Below, in pieces: positions 37,616 through 49,409 of a DNA stretch of 64,000 nt. Source of the stretch: Nemertoderma westbladi (lineage: Eukaryota; Animalia; Xenacoelomorpha). Position numbers and translations under genes: made by a program. Position 1 is the stretch's first letter, and the number at the start of each line of letters is the position of its first letter. The stretch spans positions 1-64,000 of the forward strand of contig JAUCBJ010003670.1 in the NCBI GenBank assembly GCA_032718475.1, in the 5' to 3' direction. The notes under the pieces are model-generated. The model was not told the DNA's origin, did not search any database, and was given only the letters and a program-made list of their open reading frames with translations.

Positions 37616-39678
37616 ATGGCAAAAACGAACGCTCAAAGGCAGCGTGAGTACAGGGAACGTAGAATCGTTTCTTGAAACAAGAGAGTGAAAGGAAGGCAGC
37701 TAAACGAAAGTCGTTATCTCCACGTAGTTTAGACAAGTTGCGCAGGAGACAGAATACGAGTCTGCTGAATTGCCGCCGAAATAAGCTGACTGTATCTGCA
37801 TCGACAGCGAAATCAGGCCATGCAGCTGGATATTCTACGTGCCAATCGCTAGGCAAAGCAGTTGCACGAGTGAAACGCACTTTACCAAACAGCCCGCGGA
37901 AAAGAAAGGCCGTGATACGGAAGTTAGCTCTGGACCAATCGTTGGTGAATGAACGGCCAGTAGTTGAAATTCATCGCCAACGTTTAAGTGATGAGGTCAT
38001 CACCAAGGTTAAGCAGCATTACTTGTCGGATGAAATATCTCGACAGGCACCAGGCAAGGCAGATCAGATGTCTGTTTACGAAGATCGTGTAAAGGTTCGT
38101 AAACAAAAGCGACATATGGTAATGACGCTGCGAGAGGCATATGAAGTCTATTTTGAACAGCCAAATGCTATGGACGACATTGGGTTTTCTAAATTTTGCA
38201 TGTTGCGTCCAGCACATGTCCTGCTGTCATCGCAGTTGCCGCGCAATGTATGCACATGCATTTATCACCAGAACATCATCCGTTTAATGCAGGCACTGCA
38301 TCGAGATATGCCAGATCAGTTTCCGTTGTATGGAGATGAATTTATCACTAAATGTGTTTGTGACGTGACCAATAATAAGTGCATGCATGGTCTGTGTAAT
38401 ATTTGCACAAATAAATTTGCTGCCTGCTACATTGATGATCTATCGCCAGCGACTACCAGTAAACCTTTCGTCTGGTGGGAATGGAAGAAAACCCTCCACG
38501 AGAACGGGATTGCAACGGCAATGCGACTGAGTCAGCGGCGAGGGACTGTTGCAGATGGAATAGAGGCCCTTGAAGCGATGTTACCGAAGTTTTTGGCTCA
38601 TCATTTCATGAAGCGGAACCAGAGTGACTATTATGAAACAACTAAGGCGGCTACAAAGGGCGAATCATCGGAAGATGCATTAATGCAACTCGACTTTGCT
38701 GAGAATTTCACCTGTAAATATCAGGATGAGGTGCAATCGGCTCACTGGAATGCACAACAGGTAGGCATATTTACGGGCGTTGTGTTTGCAAAGGGATACA
38801 ATACGGTTGTAGTATCTGACTCACGTGAACACGAAAAGAAGACTGTATCTGCGTGTGTTGTGAAGATCTTGGAACATTTAACGTTAGATGGACTTAAGAC
38901 ATTGCACATATGGAGCGATGGACCTAGTTCACAGTTTAAGAATAAGTATATAATGTCGCTTGTCGGATGTGTGTTACCACACCTGTTTCCTACGCTCACT
39001 ATTACATGGGATTATTTTGCAACATCGCATGGGAAGGGGCTATGTGATGCAGTTGGAGGTAGAGCAAAGGGAATGGTTCAGCGCGTGATTAACTCTCGGC
39101 GAATGATTGTCCAAGATGCTGAGTCATTTGCCACTGCTCTGCGCTGTGTTGACAAGAACACCAATGTGATTGTAATCACAGAGGCAGAGATTGCTGATTG
39201 GTGTTCGGAAAACACAGCTGAGTTGTGGCAGCGAGTCGAGGCAGTTCCCAATTGTCTCTCAATCCATCATGTTGAACCGCTTTTAAACAATGAAGCGATT
39301 AGCATCCGCCGCTATGGCAATGATACTACCACCAAGATCCACAGTTTCAGTAACATTCTTCCAAATGCAAAGGGACCCACCATACTCCACCCTGAAGAAT
39401 CTGCCACAACTGTGGGGCTTAGTGAATTCAAAGAGGGCGATTATGTTGTCGTCAAGCACGGCGATTACAGACCAGGTAAAATCGTCCAGATCTTAGGGGA
39501 ATCTGCCAACGTCCTTGCAATGCAAAAGAGCGTTGGATATAGCTGGAAGTGGCCCGATGCTGCAACAAGTATATCCTGTAAACGGGGAGATATCGTCGTC
39601 GCCATTAAGGAACCAGCTGCTGTTAATAGTCGGGGAATGTATCGAATCCCTGAACTGGACTACTACTATGGCTTCTAG
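37616..39678 (+). CDS. Sola2-type DDD transposase (668-aa open frame from 37672; N-terminal MAKTNAQRQREYRER is off-frame)
   Basis: CTCIYHQN, LDFAENF...QDEVQSAHW, IWSDGPSSQFKN and FATSHGKGLCDAVGG, followed by a C-terminal SH3/Tudor-like segment. Confidence 0.85.
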
Positions 39679-39879
39679 TTTTCTAGTAAATTAACTCTGT
39701 TCTACTGTAGGCCTACTGTATAATGTTGACTATAATATATCTGTCTGTCTCTATTTTGGATTTTCACCTTTTGTAGTAAATGAATTCAGTTCAACTACCT
39801 ATTGACTATTTGCCCCATGTCTCACTGACTATACTTTCCAGAAGAAGTTCCGTAACGTTCAGCTTTGAAATTCCGTAAC

Positions 39880-40419
39880 TGTTAGCTTATTCAATCCCGC
39901 TAACACCCCATAAAGTTATAAGCCGATAAGCAATATTGGGAGCCACGAGATTGGGTAATTAACCAATTCGTGCCATCCCAATAAGAATGGGAAGGAAGCA
40001 CACAATGAGGGTCAGGGGCCAAACCCCTAACCCAGAGAGAACAGGTGGAGCGAACGGGAACACTCCAAAGGGCGCCAACAAGGGTATCAACCAATCAGAG
40101 GGGGGAAAGGCATCGATTAGGTAGAGTAACAAGGTCAACCGTGCAATATAGCCACTTGGCAGTAATCATATCAATTCAGTTATCTCAGTGCAATACTGGT
40201 GCTAGTTTATGTTACATAGTTTAGCTAGGGAAGGACCGGGACTTTAGTTACCGTATCCCGCCTTCCGTGTACAACAACCTATATCTATATCTTTATACCG
40301 ATCATTATATACAACGAAGGACACGAACTCATTTACTCATTTTCATTTACTCTTCACACACGGCGGGGATGCATAAACTAACAACGGATAAACCGGGATC
40401 CCTCTTGGATCCCGTCACA
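39880..40419 (+). repeat. 5' LTR
   Basis: TGTTAGC...CCGTCACA, about 8 substitutions versus the 3' LTR by eye. Confidence 0.95.
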
Positions 40420-40805
40420 GTAACTAAATCGAGCTGCCGCCCTAGTTAAACTGTAAAGCTAACTAAACTCAGCGACCAATCTAGAGATAAAGAGAGATGA
40501 GTCAGTCGGGTGAGATAACACCGACGCGGACCCCGGACGAAGAACAAACAATCCGCGAGGCCGCGACCAGGCGGTATAGGCCCACGACGCCGGAGCCATC
40601 GATAACGGGCGACCCGGAAGTTCAAGATGAGGGGGACCGCCTGGAGTAAGAAGCCGAGTCGAGAGGAGGGGGAATCGAGTCGGAGGATAGAGAGAACGAG
40701 CTCGAGGGAGAAGGAGACGAGTCGACACGGGACGGGGGTCAACGCACCGGTGTCGCCAGCCAGCCACAGGCCGAGGGCGACGAGCGGCCCACCGAAACGG
40801 CGACG

Positions 40806-43800
40806 GTGGGGCCGCCGGTACGACGTCGAACCCGGAGAGACGGACGAGAGGTCGGCGACGAGGACGTCGGGGTTTCTGAGCGACTTCGACGGGCCTACAA
40901 CGCGACCCGGAGACTACTAGAGGAGGCCAGAAAGGGGAAAACGATAGACGAGGTAAAACTGAAGTCAGGACTAGGTAAGTCGGACAGACATTTATACTAT
41001 CTAATGCGTTTCGGGCAGAGAGAATTGGCCGAGGAGAGAGCGAGAAGGGTTGCCGAGGAACTGTATGACTCATGGCGGCATGGGGGTATACAACCTAGTG
41101 TAGTGTACATAGGGCCATATTTAATCGATGCCCGGGGTATAAAATTAGTGGGTTGGAACAGACCTGAGGAGGGCGAATCCGAGGTTGACCCCGCGGATTC
41201 GGTCTCGTCGGTCGGAGGGAGTTCCGGGAGGAGGGGGAAAGTTAGTAGATCGGGAAGGCAGAGCGAGTCCGTCGTAACCGATAAGTCTGCTACATCCTCC
41301 GCGAAAGAAAGACTGGTGAGAGAGGCAGGTGCCGCGTACCGTCTCGACCTGATAGAGCAAGGTCAGAGGGAAATGGATAAACGGCTAGAGGAGGGGAGAA
41401 TGCGACTAGAGAGGGAAGCGGAATTGATTAGAGAAACCGGAGAGAGGGCAGAAAGGGCTTTGAGAGGCCTTAGGGAGTGTGAGGAAACAGAGGAAAAGGA
41501 GTGTAGGGAGCGTGAGGCGAGAGAGGAAAGGGAACGCAAGGAGCGTGAGGCAAGGGAGGAAAGGGAACGCAAAGAGCGTGAGGCGGAACGCAAAGAGCGT
41601 GAGGCGGAACGCAAAGAGCGTGAGGCGGAACGCAAGGAGTATGAGGCGAGAGAGGAAAAGGAACGCAGAGAGCGTGAGGCGGAACGCAAGGAGCATGAGG
41701 CGAGAAAGGAAAGTGAACGTAAGGAGCGTGAAGCGAGGCGAAGGGAGAGTGCTAGGAGAGTAGCAGAGTTGGCTGAGCGGGACGCGCGGGAGTGTGAGAG
41801 GAGAGTGGCGGAAGCTGAGCGAGAGCAAGAGGAATTAAAGAGACGCCAAAGTGAGCTTGCGGAACATAGGATTAGACGCGCGCACGAGCTGCAACTGGTG
41901 CGGGCGGGGGCGTCTGAGAGCGGGACTGGCTCGAGTATTCTAGGGGAGCCAGGCGGAAGAGAGGTCAGCGACGAGGACGTCAGGGTTTCTGATCGACTTC
42001 GACGGGCCTACAACGCGACCCAGAAACTGCTAAAGGAGGCCAAAGAGGGGGCGAAGATAGACGAGGTGAGACTGAGGAGACGACTAGGTGAGTCTAATAA
42101 ACACTTTAATTATCTAATGCGCTTCGGGCAAAGAGAACTGGCAAAGGAGAGAGCGAGAGGAGTTTCCGAGGAACTGTATGACTTGTGGCGGTGTAGGTGT
42201 ATGGAACCTAGCGTAGTGTACGTAGGGCCATACTTAGTCGATGCCCGGGGACTAAAATTAGTGGGTTGGGAGAGACCTGAGGGGGGCGAATCCGAGGTTA
42301 ACCCCAAGGATTCGGCCTCGTCGGTCAGAGGAAGTTCCGGGATGCGGGGGAAAGTCAGTAGGTCGGGAAGGCGGAGGGAGTCCGTCGTAACCGATAAGTC
42401 TGCTACATCCTCCGCGAAAGAAAGACGGGTGAGAGAGATAGATGCCGCGTACGATCTCGACCTGATAGCGCAAGGTCAAAGGGAAATAGATAAACGGTTA
42501 GAGGAGGGAAGAATGCTGCTAGAGAGGGAAACGGCATTGATCAGAGAAACCGGAGAGAGGGCCGAAAGGGCCGTGAGAAGCCTTAGGGAGTGTGAGGAAA
42601 TAGAGAGAAAGGAACAAGAGGAGCGTGTGGCGGAACGCAAGGAGCGTGAGGCGAGAAAGGAGGCGGAACGCAAGGAGCGTGAGGCGAGAGAGAAGGCGGA
42701 ACGCAAGGAGCGTGAGGCGAGAGAGGAGGCGGAACGTAAGGAGCATGAGGCGAGAGAGGAAAAGGAACGCAAGGAGCGTGAGGCAAGGCGACGGGAGGGA
42801 GCTAGGAGAGTGGCAGAGTTGGCCGAACAGAGCGAACGGGAGTGTAGGGAGAGAATGGCAAGGGGGGAGTGTGAGCGAAAAGAATTAGAGAGACGCCAAA
42901 GTGAGCTTATGGAGCATAAGATTAGACGCACGCGCGAGCTGCAACTGGTGCGGGAGGGGGCATCTGAAAGCGGGGCCGGCTCGAGTATTTTTGAGGAGCC
43001 GGGGGCCGTGGATACATTTATTAATACCCCACTTACAGGGACCGCACGACAGACCCAAAACTGGTGTGACCGTACGGGCGGGGGGGGGGGGGGTAATAAT
43101 GATAATGGTACAGAAGACGTGGTTAATATTAATAGTACCGTATGGGATAATTCTAATCAAACCTTTATTGCAGGAAATACTTTGCCTAGTGGTAGTAATT
43201 TAAATTTAAATCAGAACAATCCTAATATTAATGTAGAAAATAATTCTAATATTAATGTAGCTACACAAAATAATCCAAATAATCAAAATAATAACCCAAA
43301 TTCGAACCTACAAAATAATTTAAGTAACGCAATTACACAAAATAATCCAAATAATTTAAATAGTGATCCGAGTCCGAATTTACAAAATAATTCAGATAGT
43401 GTAGTCGCGCAAAGTAATTCAAATGATTTTGTTTCGAACGAACAAATTGATTCCGTTTCCAATGTGGGTGCTATTAACGTGAACGCGTCGGGCGTGTATA
43501 GCCAGACAGACGGAGGCCTGGTAGGTCGTACAGTTGGTGGGCCGGAAGTAGCTGGGTTAGGTAGACCCAGCGAGGGCCTGGTAGGTCACGTAGTTGGTAG
43601 GCAGGGAGTGGCTGGGTTGAATAGACCCAGCGAGGGCCTGGTAGGCCACATAGTTGGTAGGCAGGGAGTAGAGGGCCTGGTAGGCCACGCAATAGCAGAG
43701 GGAGAGGCGGGGGTGAATAGACCCGACCGCGATAGGGTTGATGTGTCGGCTAGAGAGGGATATAGTAGCGTAGTGAGGGATAGCGAAGTTAGATGTGGCG

Positions 43801-43898
43801 AGTGGGGGGGGGGGGGGGGGCTACGAGAACCCCACAACAGCAAGTCAGCGGCGAAAGGGGGGGGGTGCAGAGAGTGTCCCACAGCCGTCAGCGGATAA
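40806..43898 (+). CDS. Gag N-terminal region: duplicated domain, E/R/K coiled coil and Asn-rich tract
   Basis: 1030-aa open frame. EV.DEDV.VS.RLRRAYNAT...GASESG.GSSI occurs twice. The frame ends shortly after a poly-G run. Confidence 0.7.
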   Translation: MGPPVRRRTRRDGREVGDEDVGVSERLRRAYNATRRLLEEARKGKTIDEVKLKSGLGKSDRHLYYLMRFGQRELAEERARRVAEELYDSWRHGGIQPSVVYIGPYLIDARGIKLVGWNRPEEGESEVDPADSVSSVGGSSGRRGKVSRSGRQSESVVTDKSATSSAKERLVREAGAAYRLDLIEQGQREMDKRLEEGRMRLEREAELIRETGERAERALRGLRECEETEEKECREREAREERERKEREAREERERKEREAERKEREAERKEREAERKEYEAREEKERREREAERKEHEARKESERKEREARRRESARRVAELAERDARECERRVAEAEREQEELKRRQSELAEHRIRRAHELQLVRAGASESGTGSSILGEPGGREVSDEDVRVSDRLRRAYNATQKLLKEAKEGAKIDEVRLRRRLGESNKHFNYLMRFGQRELAKERARGVSEELYDLWRCRCMEPSVVYVGPYLVDARGLKLVGWERPEGGESEVNPKDSASSVRGSSGMRGKVSRSGRRRESVVTDKSATSSAKERRVREIDAAYDLDLIAQGQREIDKRLEEGRMLLERETALIRETGERAERAVRSLRECEEIERKEQEERVAERKEREARKEAERKEREAREKAERKEREAREEAERKEHEAREEKERKEREARRREGARRVAELAEQSERECRERMARGECERKELERRQSELMEHKIRRTRELQLVREGASESGAGSSIFEEPGAVDTFINTPLTGTARQTQNWCDRTGGGGGGNNDNGTEDVVNINSTVWDNSNQTFIAGNTLPSGSNLNLNQNNPNINVENNSNINVATQNNPNNQNNNPNSNLQNNLSNAITQNNPNNLNSDPSPNLQNNSDSVVAQSNSNDFVSNEQIDSVSNVGAINVNASGVYSQTDGGLVGRTVGGPEVAGLGRPSEGLVGHVVGRQGVAGLNRPSEGLVGHIVGRQGVEGLVGHAIAEGEAGVNRPDRDRVDVSAREGYSSVVRDSEVRCGEWGGGGGLREPHNSKSAAKGGGCRECPTAVSG

Positions 43899-44675
43899 TG
43901 CGCGGGCCGAAATAGGTAAACCGCAACACCCGGCGACGGAGAGTAATAGGGGGATTGCGAGTATCCCCAGCGGCGTGCGACTGAGTAGAGAGAGACAGGT
44001 TGACGTCGTGAGAGGGCGGACGAAGCGTCGAGCCCGATCAGAAGAGGGAAGAAGAACAGTGGGATTTAACCGGGAGGTCGACGAGAGATCTCACGAGCGG
44101 GAATATTCCACCGAAAGGAGAAGAAGAGAAGACAGTAGTAGAAGTATCGCTGAGAACGATAGAAGAGCGAGGACGGACAGCGAGCCGTCGGTAGTCGAGA
44201 TGAGAACAGAGAGTGAGTGGGGTCGAACTCCGGGAGATTGCCGTCGCCCCGGAGAGATGCGACCTGGCGGGGCGCACTACGCGCCGAGAGAGGGGTACGC
44301 GATGTACCGGTACGAAGATGAGGACAGTAGAGAGGGGGGTCGAAGAGAAACTTTCCGACGAAATACACCTACCGATCGAGAATGCGGTAGCCGCGGGGAG
44401 GATTATTCGAGAAGAATAAACTTCGATCCCGAGTGACACATGCAGACTGTAGGACATACTGTAGGCCTTACTGCACATACCATAGGCCATACTGAGAGAG
44501 GCAATGTAGGCGATAGGATGGCGTGGACAACGGGATTAAACCCGGAAGTCGCGGAATACATACCGGCGAGTAGGCCAGAAGCTGATAGGCCTATACCAGT
44601 ACCAGCACAGCAGTATGACTACAGCATGCAGGGACATAACATATACCCAGGGGAGGGGGGAATTATTGCGGACAG

Positions 44676-47309
44676 GTGTATGGGCCCCAACATATTAACA
44701 TCAACCCCAGTACCAAACATACCGGTGGGGGGGGGGGGCAGGGTGACATTCCCCCATCACAATATCAACAATATACCCCGATAGGAGCAAGAACAACGAG
44801 ACCCTTGGATGAGAATAGGTCGTGTGATACAGAAATATGGAGGGGGCCGCTACCCCCGATGACATACCCAAGTCAGAGAAAGTCAAGAAATAGGACAGAC
44901 GAGCCGCACCAGACAGGAGAAACTATGCAGCACCCATCGAATCCATTGGAAGCGCAGGCGATGGGGATGGCCACGTTGATCGATGCGTTGAAAACGAGGA
45001 TCGAGTTACCACCCGTGGAACCATTCAAATTCGATGGGAGTAGGCCGGAAGAATATCTACAGTTTCGGCGCATGTATAGTAACGAAATACTAACAAAGAA
45101 CTTGACGCAGGCGGAGTGCCTAAAGTATCTGCAAGTATACAGGGGAGGCCCAGCATACGACATCGTGAGGCAATATCAAGGAATAGAGGGCGGCTTCACG
45201 ACTGCATGGCGGGCACTGGATAGGGAATACGGGCACCCGGCCAAGATCATCAGACAGACACTCAGAGGCATAACATCGGGTGGCCTACAGGATAATCCCG
45301 TTAGCATTAAGACATTTGCTAACAAAGTTGAAAAGGCGCTAATCGTGCTGAAGACGCTAGACGCGCCATACGAGCTCAACGCGTCCAACAACATCACCAC
45401 GATAGCGCAGGCACTACCGAGCTGGCTGCGCAACAAGTGGAGAAAAATCGCCTTCTCCACTCGAGATAAGAAGGGTGCGGAACCGGGTTTAGAAGAAATG
45501 TCAAACTTCTTAAACTACGAGGCTGAACTAATAACTGACCCAGTCTATAGCGAAGATAGCCTGGGAAAGGGACCGAAGACGGATTACCATAGACCGAAAC
45601 CAGAGCACAATACATCAAACGCAATACCGAGGCTCAGGCAATCATTGCCATATGCAGCGACGCAGGGGACTGCAAGTCCACAGCTAGCCGAAGATGAGAC
45701 CACACCATGGAACGGACAGGGGAACAATAACAACACGAATAAATATAACCCCAGTACGTCCAGTAGGCCGAATCCAAACAATAAGAATAGTAGGGACTTT
45801 GGTACAAACGCAACTGCGATACGCAATGCGCTGTATAAGGAGGGCTACGACCCAAAGAGCAAATGCCAGTTACACGCAAATGCACTTCATCAGACCATGA
45901 ACTGCAGGTACTGGCAGGCGCTATCTAGGCAAGATCAAATAGATTATGCGTCGAGCAATAAAATCTGCTCGCGATGCGTGACGAGTGGACATAGAGCAAG
46001 GGAATGCAAGGAGAAGCCGGTAAAATTTGGTCAGAGGAGAGGCCAAACGATGGTGACGAGCACAGTAGGGGCGAAGAAGAGAGGAACGGTGTTACTTGGA
46101 GTAGTACCCGTGCGAGTGATTGGGGAAGGCAATCGATCAGTAACAACACTAATGCTGGTTGATAGTGGAGCTGCCTTCACATTAGTCGAGGAATGGGTGG
46201 CCGAAGAGATAGGATTGAGAACGAGGCCAAGCAGAATGGCGGTAACAACCATCTCTAGCAAAGATGAGATCCTGGAGATGAGAACAGGACGGTGCGCAAT
46301 TGCAGCAGTGGCACCAGGATGTGACTATGGGGCAACCATTGACCCCATCCAAGTGATAGAGTCAATTAATATCAATGCCAGGCGGCCAACCAACATCGAG
46401 GTCGAGCAGTATAAATTCCTGGACGACATTGACTTCTCAATCCCAGATGTGGACGTTAGGAAGGTATCCATCATAGTAGGAATGGACTGCCCAACGGCCC
46501 ACGAAAGAATGCAAACAGTCTTCGGCGAAGACAAGCAGTGTGACCCGGTGGCGATATTAACACCATTCGGGTGGACACTGACAGGCCCAATTAAGAGTAA
46601 TATACCATTCCATGCGTCTGAGAGTTCAGGATGCATGGTGCCAGGAACTGTCGACGAGATAGAGGAGAGGCCAGAGATGGGCAATAGTGGTAGACAGCTA
46701 GAAGTGGAAGCAACACCACGAGAGTGGGCGGAGGAGAATGGCATGGATGCAGAAGATCTAGAGACGATGGGTTGGAACAAGAGTCCCAGCAAGCATCGGT
46801 ATGGAGATGGAGAGGAGCGGACGGCAAAATGTCCGGGGGACAGGCCGGAGGAGTGTCCGGAAGAGATGCCGGTCCGGTTGGGAGGCATGCCGACAAGGGG
46901 GAGGCCGAGCAGGAGGACTAAATGGAAAGGGAGAAGACTTGAGACGATCAGACCAGGGGCAGAGAAGACCGTGGGTGGGCGTGTGATGGACAAAGGATCC
47001 GGGAAAGTAGGAGGCGTGCTGCATATGCACGCGGGACTGACAGAGTGTGAAGGGGCATTACATGGGCAGAGACCGTGTATACCGAAGGACGAACGGGGGT
47101 CGTCGAGGCCTTTAATGCCAGCACACATATTAAGGGGGAGGCCAGCAGAGGTGGCATCTAAGATTAAGGAGAAGAACAGGGGCGGCATTATACCGCCGGG
47201 TGACACGTTGAAGGGTGGCACTTTGCCGCCAAGGGACGACCACGAGATCAGAAACATAAATAGCAGACAGCATTTCCAAAACAGGAGAAAAGACCACCTA
47301 TCGAATTGA
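44676..47309 (+). CDS. BEL/Pao Gag core plus aspartic protease
   Basis: LPPVEPFKFDG...LKYLQVY...AWRALDREYG (DUF1759-like). CQLHANALHQTMNC and CSRCVTSGHRAREC knuckles. MLVDSGA protease motif, AILTPFGWTLTG. Confidence 0.88.
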   Translation: MYGPQHININPSTKHTGGGGGQGDIPPSQYQQYTPIGARTTRPLDENRSCDTEIWRGPLPPMTYPSQRKSRNRTDEPHQTGETMQHPSNPLEAQAMGMATLIDALKTRIELPPVEPFKFDGSRPEEYLQFRRMYSNEILTKNLTQAECLKYLQVYRGGPAYDIVRQYQGIEGGFTTAWRALDREYGHPAKIIRQTLRGITSGGLQDNPVSIKTFANKVEKALIVLKTLDAPYELNASNNITTIAQALPSWLRNKWRKIAFSTRDKKGAEPGLEEMSNFLNYEAELITDPVYSEDSLGKGPKTDYHRPKPEHNTSNAIPRLRQSLPYAATQGTASPQLAEDETTPWNGQGNNNNTNKYNPSTSSRPNPNNKNSRDFGTNATAIRNALYKEGYDPKSKCQLHANALHQTMNCRYWQALSRQDQIDYASSNKICSRCVTSGHRARECKEKPVKFGQRRGQTMVTSTVGAKKRGTVLLGVVPVRVIGEGNRSVTTLMLVDSGAAFTLVEEWVAEEIGLRTRPSRMAVTTISSKDEILEMRTGRCAIAAVAPGCDYGATIDPIQVIESININARRPTNIEVEQYKFLDDIDFSIPDVDVRKVSIIVGMDCPTAHERMQTVFGEDKQCDPVAILTPFGWTLTGPIKSNIPFHASESSGCMVPGTVDEIEERPEMGNSGRQLEVEATPREWAEENGMDAEDLETMGWNKSPSKHRYGDGEERTAKCPGDRPEECPEEMPVRLGGMPTRGRPSRRTKWKGRRLETIRPGAEKTVGGRVMDKGSGKVGGVLHMHAGLTECEGALHGQRPCIPKDERGSSRPLMPAHILRGRPAEVASKIKEKNRGGIIPPGDTLKGGTLPPRDDHEIRNINSRQHFQNRRKDHLSN

Positions 47310-47329
47310 CAAGGAGAGCGGAGCGAAGA

Positions 47330-47510
47330 ATTAGAGAACCTATAGGGGGGCAGTGGGAGAGTTGCCTGCTGGAGGAATCACCCCTTGGGTCGCTGAGTTG
47401 TCCAACAGGTTGGACTGGGATGGAAGAGTTAGATCCGTAAAAGGTGCGGGCAGAGGTGTTACCTGTCTGCTAGAAGGAGCACCTTAGTGGAATTAGAGAA
47501 GAGTTTAGTC
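47330..47510 (+). pseudogene. Remnant of the BEL integrase C-terminus (DUF5641-like)
   Basis: PLGR...DGRVRSVK read across a stop and a frameshift. Confidence 0.65.
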
Positions 47511-47619
47511 GTCCAAGATTTGGACTGAGGGGGGTGGGATTGAGGGCGAGACGCCCTTCCCACACAAAAAAATAGAAAACAAAATAATAAGTACATAGTA
47601 GGTACGCAGTTAGTAGGCA

Positions 47620-48075
47620 GAAGTTAGTTAAGAGGTACGTAGTACCTAGTTAGTTAATTAGTTAGGAGGTACGTAGTACCGATAGTTAGTTAGAGAGTTA
47701 GAGGGTACGTAGTACCGTTAGTTAGAGGGTTAGTTAGAGGGTACGTAGTACCGCTAGTCAGTTAGAGAGTTAGTTAGAGGGTATGTAGTACCGCTAGTTA
47801 GTTAGAGAGTTAGTTAGAGGGTACGTAGTACCGCTAGTCAGTTAGAGAGTTAGTTAGAGGGTACGTAGTACCGCTAGTCAGTTAGAGAGTTAGTTAGAGG
47901 GTACGTAGTACCGCTAGTTAGTTAGAGAGTTAGCTAGAGGGTACGTAGTACCGCTAGTTAGTTAGAGAGTTAGAGGGTACGTAGTACCGTTAGTTAGTTA
48001 GAGAGTTAGAGGGTACGTAGTACCGTTAGTTAGAGGAGAGTTAGAGGGTACGTAGTACCGTTAGTTAGAAGAGAG
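47620..48075. repeat. ~38-42-bp tandem repeat (GTTAGAGGGTACGTAGTACCGCTAGTTAGTTAGAGAGTTA)n
   Basis: About 11 copies directly visible. Confidence 0.95.
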
Positions 48076-49205
48076 AGAGTAAGAGGTAAAAGGGGTATAT
48101 ACAGATATAGATATTAGTTAGCAGTTAGTAGCGAGAGGGGGGCATATGAGTACAGTTGGATAGATCGTGTAGGCCGCGCGACATATACTGCTGTACTGCA
48201 CAGGCCCACAGAGAAGGCCAGAATGTGGATTAGGAGATAGAATAACCCATAGGCAGTAGCAAGTAATAGGAAACAGTAAGGTAGTAGGATTGAAATTAAA
48301 TCAAAATAAAATTAGAATAAGAATAGGGCTAAGAAGGGGAACAAATTATGGTAACAGTAGTAAGAATAGGCAATAACTCAGAAATTCAGAAAGAGATAGG
48401 CCATCGAACTGAACTTAAACCACCTAAACCCATCACTCATCACGTTTGTGCCTTGGCAAGGCACCACCTACGGGTGAGCAATCGGGCAGAGTTCGAGATG
48501 GCAGGCAAACTTGTAAGAGAGGAGAGAAGCAGATGAGAGGGAGGAGGAAGCTAGGGCGCAGAGCTACGGCTTCGAGGAATAAGCAGCCTTAGACGAACTT
48601 CGTTGGGCTTCGTCAGGGAGTTCGGGGGAGTCTCTAGGGAAAGAACTGGGGTGGACGGTGGGATCACCGAAACAGCCGACGTCGGGATTGCAAGCGATGC
48701 CCATAACAGCGGGTGCCGAGGGCGAACAACCGCAAAGGAAGTTAAGGGAGCTAGAGGGATGGAGAGCTACGGGCGAGAGCCAAGGCGGGAAGGGACATAG
48801 TGGGTCCACCGGGATACCGGGGTTGGGACCACTGCGAGAGGAGGATGGGGACGACGGCGAGTTCGGAGAGATGCCGCCCATTGAGAGGATAGGCCACTCG
48901 GACACGGACTGGGTTGGCGGGAGGGTGGTGACGGCCAGTGGGGCGAGAGCCTTCTGGGACAAACCCGGCAAACGGGCCTGGGTGCACGAGGAGCCGGCCA
49001 TGGATTTCGCGGGGAGCACTATCAGGTTGGGCAAGCAACCGGGGACGACACCACGGGTAGTATTCGGAGAGACGATGCCCGGGAGGGGCGAGGAGATCGA
49101 CGTAGACAGGGACGCTAACGTCTAGAAGTTCGCCTATCAGCGACTCCACAGACTGTGGAGATCGCTTGAGATGAAAGACGACGTGGGGCGGGAGACATTG
49201 GTACA

Positions 49206-49409
49206 TTGGAGACATTGGTACTCGGTTGCGGCTACTGTGGGAGACAGACCCACCGGGAAAGGAGCTGCTTGTACCGGTTCCAGAAAGGGACCAGCTGTCT
49301 CTACTGCCACGAGACGAGCCACAGGATGGGAGCGTGTCCACGGTTGCAGAACCGGTGTCCGAAGTGCAACTTTCGGGGACACCACGGACGCCAAGGAGGG
49401 ATGGACTGA
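49206..49409 (+). CDS. Zinc-knuckle-coding segment of an extra 3' ORF region in the BEL element
   Basis: CGYCGRQTHRERSC and CLYCHETSHRMGAC (both CX2CX4HX4C), plus CPKCNFRGH. Confidence 0.6.
   Translation: METLVLGCGYCGRQTHRERSCLYRFQKGTSCLYCHETSHRMGACPRLQNRCPKCNFRGHHGRQGGMD

Noticed and set aside
41145-47257. Many minus-strand and alternative-frame ORFs within the second BEL element
   Set aside because: Shadows of purine-rich, repetitive Gag coding sequence.
47620-48075. Regular repeats resembling a CRISPR array or telomeric TTAG repeats
   Set aside because: No unique spacers and no cas genes, in a eukaryotic context. It is a tandem array inside an LTR element.
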